Shown one piece after another: positions 1 through 13,000 of a stretch of 64,000 bases of DNA. A program made the position numbers and the translations under genes. Under the pieces are notes generated by a model. It was given only the letters and a program-made list of their open reading frames with translations, searched no databases and was not told the origin of the DNA. The stretch's first letter is position 1; every line of letters starts with the position of its first letter. Origin of the DNA: the human T2T-CHM13v2.0 reference genome, Homo sapiens; assembly GCF_009914755.1 (NCBI RefSeq), contig NC_060940.1, one strand, 5' to 3'.

Positions 1-1725
1 AGAGTGTTTCAAAACTGTTCTATCAAAAAAGAGTTCAAATCTGTGAGTTGAATGCACACATCAAAAAGTAGTTTCTGAGAATGCCTCTGTCTAGTTTTTA
101 TATGAAGATATTTCCTTTTCCACCACATGCTTCAGAGTGTTCAAAAAGTCTAGTTCCAGATTCTACAAAAACAGTGTTTCAAAACTGTTCTATCAAAAGA
201 AAGTTTCAACTCTTAAAGCTGAATGCACACAACACAAATTAGTTTCTGATAACGTTTCTGTCTAGTTTTTATATGAAGATACTTTCTTCTCTACCACAGG
301 CCTCAAAGCGCTGCATATATCCACTTGCAGATTCTCCAAAACGAGTGTTTCAGAACTGCACTATCAAAAGGAAGTTTAACCCCTTGGAGTTGAATGCACA
401 CATCACAAAGAAGATTCTGAGAATGCTTCTGTCTAGTTTTTAGGTGAAGATATTCCTGTTTCCACCGTAGGCCTAAAAGGCCTCCAAATATTCACTTGCG
501 GATGCTACAAAAGAGTGTTTCAAAACTGCTCTATCAAAATAAAGGTTCCAACCTGTGAGTTGAACGCATTCATCACAAAGAAGTTTCTGAGAATGCTTCT
601 GTCTAGTTTTTATGTGAAGATATTCCCGTTTCCAACGAAGGCCTCAAAGCGCTCTATATATCCACTTTCAGATTCTATAAAAAGAGTGTTTCAAAACTGC
701 TCTATCAAAGGGAAGGTTCAACACTGTGTGTTGAATGCACACGTCACCAAGAAGTTTATGAGAATGTTTCTAGTTTTCATATGAAGATATTCCGGTTTCC
801 AGCAAATGCCTCAAAGTGCTACAAATATCACCTTGCAGATTCTACAAAAAGAGTGTTTCAAAACTGCTCTATCAAAAGGAAGATTCAACTCTGTGAGTTG
901 AATGCACACATCACAAAGAAGTTTCTGAGAATGCTTCTGTCTAATTTTTATGTGAGAATATTTCATTTTCCATCATAGGCCTCAAAGCGCTCCAAATATC
1001 CATTTGCAGTTTCCTCAAAAAGAGTGTTTCAAAACTCCTCTATCAAAAGAAAGTTCAACTCTGTGAGATGAATGCACACATCAGAGAGAAGTTTCTGACA
1101 AGGCTTCCATCTAGTTTTTATGTGAAGTTATTTCCTTTTCCACCATAGGCCTCAACGTGCTCCAAATATCCACTTGCAGTTTCCTCAAAAAGAGTGTTTC
1201 AAAACTGCTCTGTCAAAAGAAAAGTTCAACTCTGTGAGTTGAATGCACACATCACAAAGAAGTTTCTGAGAATACTTCTGTCTAGTTTTTATGTGAAGAT
1301 ATTTCCTTTTCCAACGTAGGCCTCAAAGGGAACAAAATATCCCCTTGCAGATTCTACCAAAAGGGTGTTTCACAACTGCTGTACCAAAAGAAATGTTTAA
1401 CTCTGTGACTTGAATGCACCCATCACAAAGAAGTTTCTGAGAATGCTTTTGTCTTGTTTTTAATGAAGATATTTCCTTTTCCACTGTCGGCCTCAAAACG
1501 CTCCAAATATCCACTTCCAGATTCTACAAAAAGAGTGTTTCAAAACTGCTCTATCAAAAGAATGGTTCAACTCCGTGAGATGAATGCACACATCACAAAG
1601 AAGTTTCTGAGAATGCTTCGGTTTATTTTTGATGTGAAGATATTTTCTTTTCCAACATAGGCCTCAAAGGGAACCAAATATCCACTTGCAGATTCTACAA
1701 AAAAGTGTTTCAAAACTGCTCTATC
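1..1725 (-). repeat. Divergent (monomeric) alpha satellite, class X monomers (CTGTCTAG / CTCTATC / TTCTGAGA signature)
   Basis: ~171-bp periodic motif ...TTCAACTCTGTGAGTTGAATGCACACATCACAAAGAAGTTTCTGAGAATGCTTCTGTCTAGTTTTTATGTGAAGATATTTCCTTTTCCACCATAGGCCTCAAAG..., the reverse complement of the alphoid consensus. Confidence 0.98.
624..640 (-). other. Intact CENP-B box
   Basis: Plus strand TCCCGTTTCCAACGAAG = CTTCGTTGGAAACGGGA on minus, an exact match to the canonical 17-bp box (core TTCGnnnnAnnCGGG), at the A/B-box position of the monomer. Confidence 0.95.
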
Positions 1726-3798
1726 CCACCCATGAGCATGGAATATTCTTCCATTTTTTGTATCCTCTTTTATTTCCTTTAGCATTGGTTTGTAGTTCTC
1801 CTTGAAGAGGTCCTTCCCGTTCCTTGTAAGTTGGATTCATAGGTATTTTATTCTCTTTGAAGCAGTTGTGAATGGGAGTTCACTCATGATTTGACTCTCT
1901 GTTTGTCTGTTGTTGGTGTATAAGAATGCTTGTGATTTTTGTACATTGATTTTGCATGCTGAGACTTTGCTGAAGTTGCTTATCTGCTTAAGAAGATTTT
2001 GGGCTGAGACAATAGGGTTTTCAAAATATATAATCATTTCATCTGCAAACAGGGACAATTTGACTTCCTCTTTTCATAATTGAATACCCTTTATTTCCTT
2101 CTCCTGCCTAATTGCCCTGGCCAGAATATCCAACACTATGTTGAATACGGATGGGTAGGAAGAATCAATATCGTGTAAATGGCCATACTGCCAAAGGTAA
2201 TTTGCAAATTCAATGCCATCTCCTTCAAGCTACCAATGTCTTTCTTCACAGAATTGGAAAAAACTACTTTAAATTTCATATGGAACCAAAAAAGAGCCCG
2301 CATCACCAAGTCAATCCTAAGTCAAAAGAACAAAGCTGGAAGCATCACTCTACCTGACTTCAAACTATACTACAAGGCTACAGTAAACAAAACACCATGG
2401 TACTGGTATCAAAACAGAGATATTGATCAATGGAACAGAACAGAGCCCTCAGAAGTCACACCGCATATCTACAACTATCTGATCTTTGACAAACCTGAGA
2501 AAAACAAGCAATGGGGAAAGGATTCCCTATTTAATAAATGGTGCTGGGAAAACTGGCTAGTCACATGTAAAAAGCTGAAACTGGATCCCTTCCTTACACC
2601 TTATACAAAAATCAATTCAAGATGGATTAAAGACTTAAACCTTAGACCCGAAACCATAAAAACCCTAGGAGAAAACTTAGGCATTACCATTCAGGATATA
2701 GGCATGGGCAAGGACTTCATGTCTAAAACACAAAAAGCAATGGCAACCAAAGCCAAAATTGACAAATGGGATCTAATTAAACTAAAGAGCTTCTGCACAG
2801 CAAAAGGAACTACCATCAGAGTGAACAGGCAACCGACAAAATGGGAGAAAATTTTCCCAACCTACTCATCTGACAAAGGGCTAATATCCAGAATCTACAA
2901 TGAACTCAAACAAATTTACAAGAAAAAAACAAACAACCCCATCAAAAAGTGGGCAAAGGACATGAACAGACACTTCTCAAAAGAAGACATTTATGCAGCC
3001 AAAAAACACATGAAAAAATGCTCACTATCACTGACCATCAGAAAAATGTAAATCAAAACCACAATGAAATACCATCGCACACCAGTTAGAATGTCAATCA
3101 TTAAAAAGTCAGGAAACAACAGGTGCTGGAGAGGATGTGGAGAAATAGGAACACTTTTACACTGTTGGTGGGACTGTAAACTAGTTCAACCATTGTGGAA
3201 GTCAGTGTGGCTATTCCTCAGGGATTTAGAACTAGAAATACCATTTGACCCAGCCATCCCATTACTGGGTATATACCCAAAGGACTATAAATCATGCTGC
3301 TATAAAGGCACATACACACGTATGTTCATTGCGGCATTATTCACAATAGCAAAGATTTGGAACCCACCCAAATGTCCAACAATGATAGACTGGATTAAGA
3401 AAATGTGGCACATACACACCATGGAATACTACGCAGCCATAAAAAAAGATGAGTTCATGTCCTTTGTAGGGACATGGATGAAATTGGAAAACATCATTCT
3501 CAGTAAACTATGGCAAGAACAAAAAGCTAAACTCCGCATATTCTCACTCATAGGTGGGAATTGAACAATGAGAACACATGGAGACAAGAAAGGGAGCATC
3601 ACATTCTGGGGACTGCTGTGGGGTGCAGGGAGGGGGTGGGGATAGCATTGGGAGATATACCTAATGTTAGATGACGAGTTAGTGGGTGCAGCGCACTAGC
3701 ATGGCACTTGTATACATATGTAACTAACCAGCACAATGAGCACATGTACCCTAAAACTTAAAGTATAATAATAACTAAAAAAAAAAAAAAGAAAAAAA
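1726..3798 (+). mobile_element. LINE-1 (L1PA2/L1PA3-like), 5'-truncated with 5' inversion; inverted part 1726-2150, sense part 2151-3798
   Basis: Sense part has the ORF2 C-terminus ending LIGGN* (3564), the 3'UTR with G-rich tract and a poly(A) tail (~3777-3798). Antisense part encodes the RT motif FADE (FADD) and [23 protein letters not shown] at 1718-1725 and 3799-3806. 3'UTR diagnostic is GAG (3676-3678), not the ACA/ACG of L1HS Ta/pre-Ta. Subfamily is from memory of consensus sequences. Confidence 0.96.
2151..3564 (+). pseudogene. L1 ORF2p C-terminal fragment including the cysteine-rich domain, one premature stop
   Basis: ORFs 2179-3051 and 3064-3564 are in the same frame, separated by TAA at 3049-3051 (CAA, Gln, in the L1 consensus). 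Motif [18 protein letters not shown]. No endonuclease domain or promoter. Confidence 0.93.
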
Positions 3799-6700
3799 GC
3801 TCTATCAAAAGAAATGTTCAACTCTGTCAGTTGAATACAAAAATCACAAAGAAGTTTTGGAGAATGGCTCTGTCTTTCTTTTATGTGAAGATATGTCTAT
3901 TTCTACCATAGGCCTCAAAGCGCTACATATATCCACTTGCAGATTTTACAAAAAGAGTGTTTCAAAACTGCTCTATGAAAAGAAAGGTTCAACACTGTGA
4001 GTTGAATGCAGACATCACAAAGAAGTTTCTGAGAATGCTTCTGTCTAGTTTTTATGTGAAGATATTTCCTTTCCCAGCACAGGCCTCAATGCGCTCCAAA
4101 TAACAACTTGCAGATTCTACAAAAAGAGTGTTTCAAAACTGCTCTATCAAAAGAAAAGAACACACTGAGAGTTGAATACACACATCATGAATAAGTTTCT
4201 GAGAATAATTCTGTCTAGTTTTTATGTGAATATATTTCGTTTTCCAACATAGGCCTCAAAGGGAAAAAAAATCCACTTGCAGATCCTTCGGAAAGACTGT
4301 TTCAAAACTGCTGTATCAAAATAAAGGTTCAAATGTGTTCGTTGAATGCACACATCACAAAGAAGTTTCGGGGAATTCTTCTGTCTAGTTTTTATGTAAA
4401 GATATTTCCTTTTCCAACATAGGCCTCAAAGCGCTCCAAATATCAACTTGCAGAATCTACAAAAAGAGTGTTTCAAAACTGCTCTATCAAAAGAAAGGTT
4501 CAAAACTGTGAGTTGAATGTGCACATCACAAAGAAGCTTATGAAAATCATTCTATCTAGTTTTTATGTGAAGATATTTCCTTTTCCAACATAGGCCTCAA
4601 AGGGAACAAAATATACACTTGCAGATTCTACAAAAAGAGAGTTTCAAAACTGCTCAATCAAAAGAATGGTTCAACTCTGTGAGTTGAACGCACACATCAC
4701 CAAAAAGTTTCTGAGAATGCTTCTGTCTAGTTTTTATGTGAAGGTATTTCCTTTTCCACCATAGGCCTCAAAGCACTCCAAACATCCACTTGCATATACT
4801 ACAGTAAGAGTGTTTCAAAAGTGCTCTATCAAAAAAAAGGTTCAACTGTGTGAGTTGAATGCGCACATCACAAAGAAGTTTATGAGAATGCTTCTGTCTA
4901 GGTTTTATGTGAAGATATTTCCTTTTCCAACATATGCCTCATAGCGCTCTAAATATCCACTTGCAGATTCTACAAAAAGAGTGTTTCAAAACTTCTCTAT
5001 AAAAAGAAAGGTTCAACTCTGTGAGTTCAATGCCCACATAAGAAAAAGTTTCTGAGAATGCTTTTGTCTAGTTTTTATGTGAAGATATTTCCTTTCCCAC
5101 CATAGGCCTCAAAAGTCTCCAAATATCCACTTGCAGATTCTACAAAATAGTGTTTCTAAATTGCTGAATCAAAAGATTGGTTCAACTCTGTGAGTTGAAT
5201 GCACACATCACAAAGAAGTTTCGGAGAATGCTTCTGTCTAGTTTCTATGTGAAGATATTTCGTTTTTCACCATGGGCCTCAAAGCTCTCCAAATATCGAA
5301 TCACAGATTCTACAAAAAGAGTGTTTCAAAACTGCTCTATCAAAAGAAAGGCCCAACTCTGTGAGTTGAATGTACACATCACAAAGAAGTTTCTTAGAAT
5401 GCTTCTCTCTAGTTTTTATATGAAGATATTCCTTTTATACCATAGGCCTCCAAATGCTCCAAATATCCACTTGCAGAATCTACAAAAGGAGTGTTTCAAA
5501 ACTGCTCTATCAAAAGGAAGGTTCAACTCTGTGAGTTGAGTGCACAAATCACAGAGAAATATTTGAGAATGTTTCTGTCTAGTTTTAATGTCAAGATATT
5601 TCCTTTTCCACCATAGGCATCAAAGCGCTCCAAATATCCACTTCCAGATCCTACAAAAAGAGTGTTTCAAAACTGCTCTGTCAAAAGAAAGGTTCAACTC
5701 TGTGAGTTGAATGCACACAACACAAAGAAGTTTCTGAGAATGCTTCTGTCTAGTTTTTATGTGAAGGTATTTCCTTTTCCAACATTGGCCTCAAAGGGAA
5801 CAAAATATCCACTTGCAGATTCTAGAAAAAGAGTGTTTCAAAACAACTGTATCAAAAGAAAGGTTCAACTCTGTGAGTTGAATGTACACATCACAAAGAA
5901 GTTTCTGAGAATTTTTTTTTTTTTTGTGAAGATATTACCTTTTCCTCCACAGGCCCCAAAGCACTCCAAATATCCACATGCAGTTTCTACAAAAAGAGTA
6001 TTTCAAAACTGCTGTATCAAAAGAAAGGTTCAACCCTATGAATTCAATATATAAATCACAAAGATATTTCTGGGAATGCTTCTGTCTAGTTTTTATGTGA
6101 AGATATTTCCTTTTCCAGCATAGGCCTTAAAGTGCTCCAAATATCTACTTGCAGATACTACAAAAAGAGTGTTTCAAAGCTGCTCTATCAAAAGAAAGGT
6201 TCAACTCTGTGAGTTGAATGCACACATCACAAAGAAGTTTCTGAGAAAGCTTCTGTCAAGTTTTTATGTGAAGATATTTCCTTTTCCAACATAGGCCACC
6301 AAGGGAACGAAATATCCTCTTGCAGATTCTACAAAAAGAGTGATTCAAATCTGCTCCATCAAAAGAAATGTTCAACTCTGTGAGTTGAATGCACACATCA
6401 CAAAGAAGTTTCTGAGAATGCTTCTTTCTAGTTTTTATGTGAAGATATTTCCTTTTCCACCATAGGCCTCAAAACACTCCAAATATTCACTTGTAGATTC
6501 TACATAAAGAGTGTATCAAAACTCTTCTATCAAAAAAAAGGCTCAACTCTGTGACGTGAATGCACACATCACATAGAAGTATCTCAGAATGCTTACGTCT
6601 AGTTTTTATGTGAAGATATTTCCATTTCTATCATAGACCTCAAAGTGCTCCAATTATCCATTTGCAGATTCTACAAAAAGAGTGTTTCAAAACTGCTCTA

Positions 6701-7050
6701 TCAAAAGAAAGGTTCAGCACAATAAGTTGAATGTCCACATCACAAAAATTTTCAGAAAATGCTTCCGTCTGGTTTTTATATTAAGGTATTTACTTTTCCA
6801 TCATAGGCTTCAACGCACTCCAATTATCCACTTGCAGATTCTACAAAAGGAGCGTTTCAAAGCTGGTCTGTCAAAAGACAGGTTCAACTCTGTGAGTTGA
6901 ACGCACACATCACAAAGAAGTTTTGGAGAACCCTCTGTCTAGTTTCTATGTGAAGGCATTGCCTTTTCCACCATAGGCCTCACAGCGCACCAAATATCCA
7001 CCTGCAGATTCTACAAAGTGTTTCAAAACTGCTCTATCAAAAGATAGGTT
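3799..7050 (-). repeat. Divergent alpha satellite, class X monomers
   Basis: Monomer phase resumes after the TSD. CTGTCTAG/CTCTATC signature, with GCGCTCCAAA and GGGAAC(A/C)AAA monomers irregularly interleaved. Right boundary approximate. Confidence 0.95.
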
Positions 7051-10000
7051 CAACACAGTGAGTTGAATGCACCCATCACAAAGAAGTTTATCAGAATGCT
7101 TCTGTGTGGTTTTTAGGGGAACATATTCGATTTTACACAGTAGGCCAAACAGCGCTCCAAATATCCATTTGCACATTCTTCAAAAAGAGAGATTCCAAAC
7201 TGCTCCATCAAAACATAGGTTCAATTTTGTGAGTTGAATGCACACATCAAGAGGAAGTTTCTGAGAATGCTTCTATGTAGTTTTTAATTGAACATATTTC
7301 CTTTTCCACCATAGGACACGTAGGACTCCAAATATCCACTTGCAGATCCTACAAAAAGAGAGATTCTAAACTGCTCAATCAATGGATAGGTTCAACTCTG
7401 TGATTTGAATGCACACATCGTGAAGAAGTTTCTGAAAATGATTCTGTGTAGTTTTTATTTGAAGATATTTCCTTTTCCACCATAAGGCACAAAGGGGTCC
7501 AAATATAAACTTCCAGATTGTACAAAAAGAGAGATTGTAAACCGCTCGACCAAAAGATGAGTTCAACCCTGTGAGATGAATTCCATAAATCACAAAGAAG
7601 TTTCTCAGAATATTTCTGTCTAGTTTTTTTATGAACATATTCCTTTTCTACCAAAGGCCTCAAAGCGCTCAAAGTATCCACTTGCAGATTTTACAAAAAC
7701 AGTTTTTCAAAACTGCTTTATCAAAGGAAAGGTTCAGCTCTGTGAGTTGAATGCATACATCACAAATAAGTTGCCATGAATGCTTCTGTGTAGTTTTTAT
7801 TTGAAGATATTTCCTTTTCACGTTAGGGTGCATAAGGCTCCAAATATCCACTTGCAGATTATACAAAAAGAGAGATTTAAATCTACTCAAGGAGAAGATA
7901 AGTTCAACTCTGTGAGTTGAATGCACACCTCACAAAGAAGTTTCTCTGAATACTTCTGTGTACTTTTTATATGAACATATTTCATTTCCACAATAGGCCT
8001 CAAAGATTCTGTGTAGGTTTTATGTGAACATATTTGATTTTCCACAGTAGGTCTCACAGCACTCCAAATATGCAGATGCAGATTCTACAAAAAGAGAGAT
8101 TCAAAACTGCTCAATCAAAAGATAGGTTCAACTCTGTGAGTTGATGGCACACATCAGGAAGACGTTTCTGATAATGCTTCTCTGTAATTTTTATTTGAAG
8201 ATATAGCCTTTTCCAGCATAGGGCACAAATGGTTCCAAATATCCACTTGCAGATTCTACAAAAAGAGAGATTCCAAATGGCTCAATCAAAGATAGATTCA
8301 TCTCTGTGAGTTAAATGCACACAACACAGAGAAATTTCTCGGAATGCTTCTGAGTAGTTTTCATGTGAAGATATTTCCTTTTCCACAATAGGCCTCAAAT
8401 GGCTCCAATTATGCACTTGCAGATTCTACAAAAAAGAGTGTTTGAAAACTGCTGAATCAAAAGAAGTATTCAACCCTGTGAGATGAATGTACACCTCACA
8501 AAGAAGTTTCTCAGAATGCTCTGTGTAGTTTTTATGTGAAGTTATTTCCTGTTCCACTAGAAGCCACAAACGGCTCCAAATATCCACTTGCAGATTCTAC
8601 AAAAAGAGTGTTTCAAAACTGCTCAATCAAAAGAAAGATTCAACTCTGTGAGATGGATGCACGCATCACAAAGAAGTTTCTCAGAATGCGTCTGTGTTGT
8701 TTTTATGTGAAGATATTTCCTTTTCTACTGTAGGCCTCAAAGCCCTCCAAATATCCACTTGCAGATTCCGCAAAAAGAGATTCAAAACTGCTCAATCAAA
8801 GATACTTTCAACTCTGTGAGTTGAAAGCACACATAACATTTCTTACAATGCTTCTATGTAGTTTTTATGTGAAGATATTTCCTTTTCCAAAATAGGCCCG
8901 AAGCTCTTCAAATATTCGCTTCCAGATTCTACAAAAAGAGTGTTTCAAAAAAGCTCAATCAAAGGAAGTGTTCAACTGTGTGTGATGAATGCACTCATCA
9001 CAAAGTAGTTTCTCTGAATGCTTCTGGGAAGTTTTTATGTGAAGATATTTGATTTTCACAGTAGGTCTCAAAGCTCTCCAAAAAAACTTTTGCAGATTCT
9101 GCAAAAAGAGAGATCCAAAACAACTCAATTAGAAGATAAGTTCAAATCTGTGAGTTGAATGCACACATAAAGGAGTTTCTCACAATGCTTCTGTGTAGTT
9201 TTTATGTGAAGATATTTCCTTTTCCAATAGCCTCAAAGCCCTCCAAAAATCCAATTCCAGATTCTACAGAAAGAGTGTTTCAAAAGTGCTCAATCAAAAG
9301 AAATGTTCAACTCTGTGAGTTGAACACACACATCATGAAGAAGTTTCTCTGAATGCTTCTGCGTAGTTTTTATTTGAAAATATTTACTTTTCCACCATAG
9401 GGCAGAAAGGGCTTCAAATATTCACTTGCAGATTCTACAAAAAGAGAGATATAAAACTGCTCAATGAGAAGATAACTTCAACTCTGCAAGTCGAATGCAC
9501 TCCTCACAAAGAATTTTCTCAGAATGCCTCTGAGTAGTTTTTATGTGAAGATATTTCCTTTTCCACAATAGGCTTCAAAGGGCTCCAATTATCCACTTGT
9601 AGATTCTACAAAAAGAGTGTTTCAAAACTGCTCAATCAAAAGAAAGGTTCAACTCTGTGAGATGAATGCACACATCACAAAGAAGTTTCTCAGAATGCTT
9701 CTGTGTATTTTTTATCTGAAGATATTTGCTTTCCCACGGTAGGCCTCAAAGCGCTCCAAATATCCACTTGCAGGTTCTACAAAAAAAGTGTTTCAAAACT
9801 GTTCAATCATAATATAGGTTCAACCTTGTGAGATGAATACACACTTCACAAAGAAGTTTCTCAGAATGTTTCAGTGTAGTTTTTATTTGAAGATATTTCC
9901 TTATCCACCATAGGCCCAAAAGGGCTCTAAATATCCCCTTGCACATTCTGCAAAAAGAGAGATTCAAAAATGATCAATCAAAAGAAAGGTTCAACTCTGT

Positions 10001-13000
10001 GAGATGAATGCACACATCAAAAAGAAGTTTCTCAAATTGCTTCTGTGTAGTTTTTATTTGAAGATATTTCCTTTTCCACCATAGGGCACAAAGGGCTCCA
10101 AATATCAACTTGCAGATTCTACAAAAAGAGAGATTCAAAACTTCTCATTCGGAAGATAAGTTCAACTCTACAAGTTGAATGCACGCCTCACAAAGAAGTT
10201 TCTCACAATGCTTCGGTGTAGGTTTTATGTGAACATGTTCGATTTTCCACAGTAGGCCTCACAGTGCTCCAAATATCCACTAGCAGATACTACAAAAAGA
10301 GAGATTCAAAACTGCTCAATCATAAGATAGGTTCAACTCCGTGGGTTGAATGCGTACATCACAAAGAAGTTTCTCTGAATGCTTCTGTGTAGTTTTTATT
10401 TGAAGATATTTCCTTTTCCACCATAGGGCGCAAAGGGCTCCAAATATCCACTTGCAGATTCTACAAAAAGAGATATTCTAAACTGCTCAAAGAAAACATA
10501 GGCTCAACTCTGTGAGTTGAATGCACACATCACAAGGATGTTTCTAAGAATGCTTCTGAGTAGTTTTTATGTGAAGGTATTTCCTTTTCCACAATAGGCC
10601 TCAAAGGGCTCCAATTATCCACTTGCAGATTCTACAAAAAGGATATTTCGAAACTGCTCAATCTAAAGAAAAGTTCAACTCTGTGAGATGAAGGCACACA
10701 TCACAAAGGAGTTTCTCAGAATGCTTCTGTGTAGTTTTTATGTGAAGATATTTCCTTTTACACAATAGGTCTCGATGGGCTCAAGATATCCACTTGCAGA
10801 TCTACAAAGAGAGTGTTTCAAAACTGCTCAATGAAAAGAGAAGTTCAACTCTGTGAGATGAATGCACACATCCCAAAAAGTTTCTCAGAATGCTTCTGTG
10901 TAGTTTTTATGTGAAGGTATTTTCTTTCCACAGTAGTCCTCAAAGTGCTCCAAATATCCACCCTCAGATTCTGCAAAAAGAGAGATTCAAAACTGCTCAA
11001 CTGAATGATAGGTTCAACTCTGTGAGTTGAATGCATACATCACAAAGAAGTTTATCTGAATGCTTCTGTGTAGTTTTTATTTGAAGATAGTTCCCTTTCC
11101 ACCATAGGTTGCAAATGGCTCCAAATATCCACTTGCAGATTCTACAAAAAGAGAAATTCAAAGCTGTTCAGTGAGAAGATAAGTTCAACACTGTGAGTTC
11201 AATGCACACCTCACAAAGTAGTTTCTCTGAATGATTCGGTGTAGTTTTTATGTGAAGATATTTCCTTTTCCACAATAGGCCTCAAAGCTCTCCAAGCATC
11301 CACTTGCAGATTCTGCAAAAAGAGGGATTCAAAAATGCTCAATCCAAAGACAGGTTCAACTCGGTGAGTTGAATGCACACATCACAAAAAGTTTCTCAGA
11401 ATGCTTCTGTGTAGCTTTTATGTGAACATATTTGATTTTCCACTGTAGGCCTCACAGTGCTCCAAATATCCACTGGCAGATTCTACAAAAAGAGAGATTC
11501 AAATCTGCACAATCAAAAGATAGCTTAAACTCTGTGAGTTGAATGCACACATCACGAAGAAGATTCTGAGAATGCTTCTGTGTAGATTTTATTTAAAGAT
11601 ATTTTCTTTTCCACAATAGGCCTCACAGGGCTCCAAATATCCTCTTGCAGATTCTACTAAGAGAGAGATTCTAAACTGCTCAAACAAAAGATAGGTTCAA
11701 CTCTGTGAGTTGAATGGACACATCAGAAAGAAGTTTCTCCGAATGCTTCCGAGTAGTTTTTAAGTGAAGATATGTCCTTTTCCACAACAGGCCTCAAAGG
11801 GCTCCAATTACCAATTGCGGATTCTACAAAAAGAGTGTTTCAAAACTACTCAATCTAAAGAAAGTTTCAACTCTGCTAGATGAATGCACACATCAAAAAG
11901 AAGTTTCTCACAATGCTTCTGTGTAGTTTTTATGTGAAGATATTTCCTTTTCCATAATAGGCTGCAAAGTGCTCCAAATATCCATTTCAGATTCTACAAA
12001 AAGAGTGTTACAATATTGCTCAATCAATAGAAAGGTTCACCTCTGTGTGATGAATGTACACATCACAAAGAAGTTTCTCAGAATGCTTCTGGGTAGTTTT
12101 CGTATGAAGATATTTGCTTTTAAACAATAGGCCTCAAAGGGCTCCAAATATCCACTTGCAGCTACTACAAAAAGAGTGTTTCAAAACTGCTCAAACAAAA
12201 GAAATGTTCAACTCTGTGAGATGAATGCGCACATCACAAAGAAGTTTCTCAGAATGCTTCTGAGTAGTTTTAATCTGAAGATATTTGCTTTTCCACTGCA
12301 GGCCTCAAAGCGCTCCAAATATCAACTTGCAGATTCTACAAAAAGAGAGTTTCAAAACTGCTCAATCACAAGATATGTTCAACCACGTAAGATGAATGCA
12401 AACATCACAAAAAATTTTCCCAGAATGTTTCTGTTTAGTTTTTATTTGAAGATATTTCCTTTTCCACCATAGACAACAAAGGGCTCCAAATATCCACTTG
12501 CAGATACTTCAAAAAGAGAGATTCAAAACTGCTTAATCAAAAGATAGGTTCAACTCTGTGAGGTGAACACACACATCCCAAAGAAGTTTCTCATAATGAT
12601 TCAGTGTACTTTTTATGTGAAGATATTTGCTTTTACTCAGTAGACCTCAAAGGGCTCCAAATATCCACCTGCATATTCTGCAAAAGGAGAGACTCTAAAC
12701 TGCTTAATCAAAAGATAGGTTCAATTGTGTGATCTGAATGCACACATCCCAAAGAAGTTTCTCTGAATGCTACTGTGTCGTTTTTATTTGAAGATATATC
12801 CTTTTCCACCACAGGGCGCAAAGGGCTCCAAATATCCACTTGCAGATTCTTCAAAAAGAGAGACTCAAAACTGCTCAATGAGAAGATAAGTTCAACTATG
12901 GGTGTTAAATGCACACTTCACAAAGGAGTTTCTCAGAATGTTTCTATGCAGTCTTTATGTGAAGATATTTGCTTTTCCACAATAGGCCTGAAAGTTCTCC

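Noticed and set aside
3608-3652. G-rich, G-quadruplex-like tract
   Set aside because: Standard L1 3'UTR polypurine tract, partly mutated; not specific to this locus.
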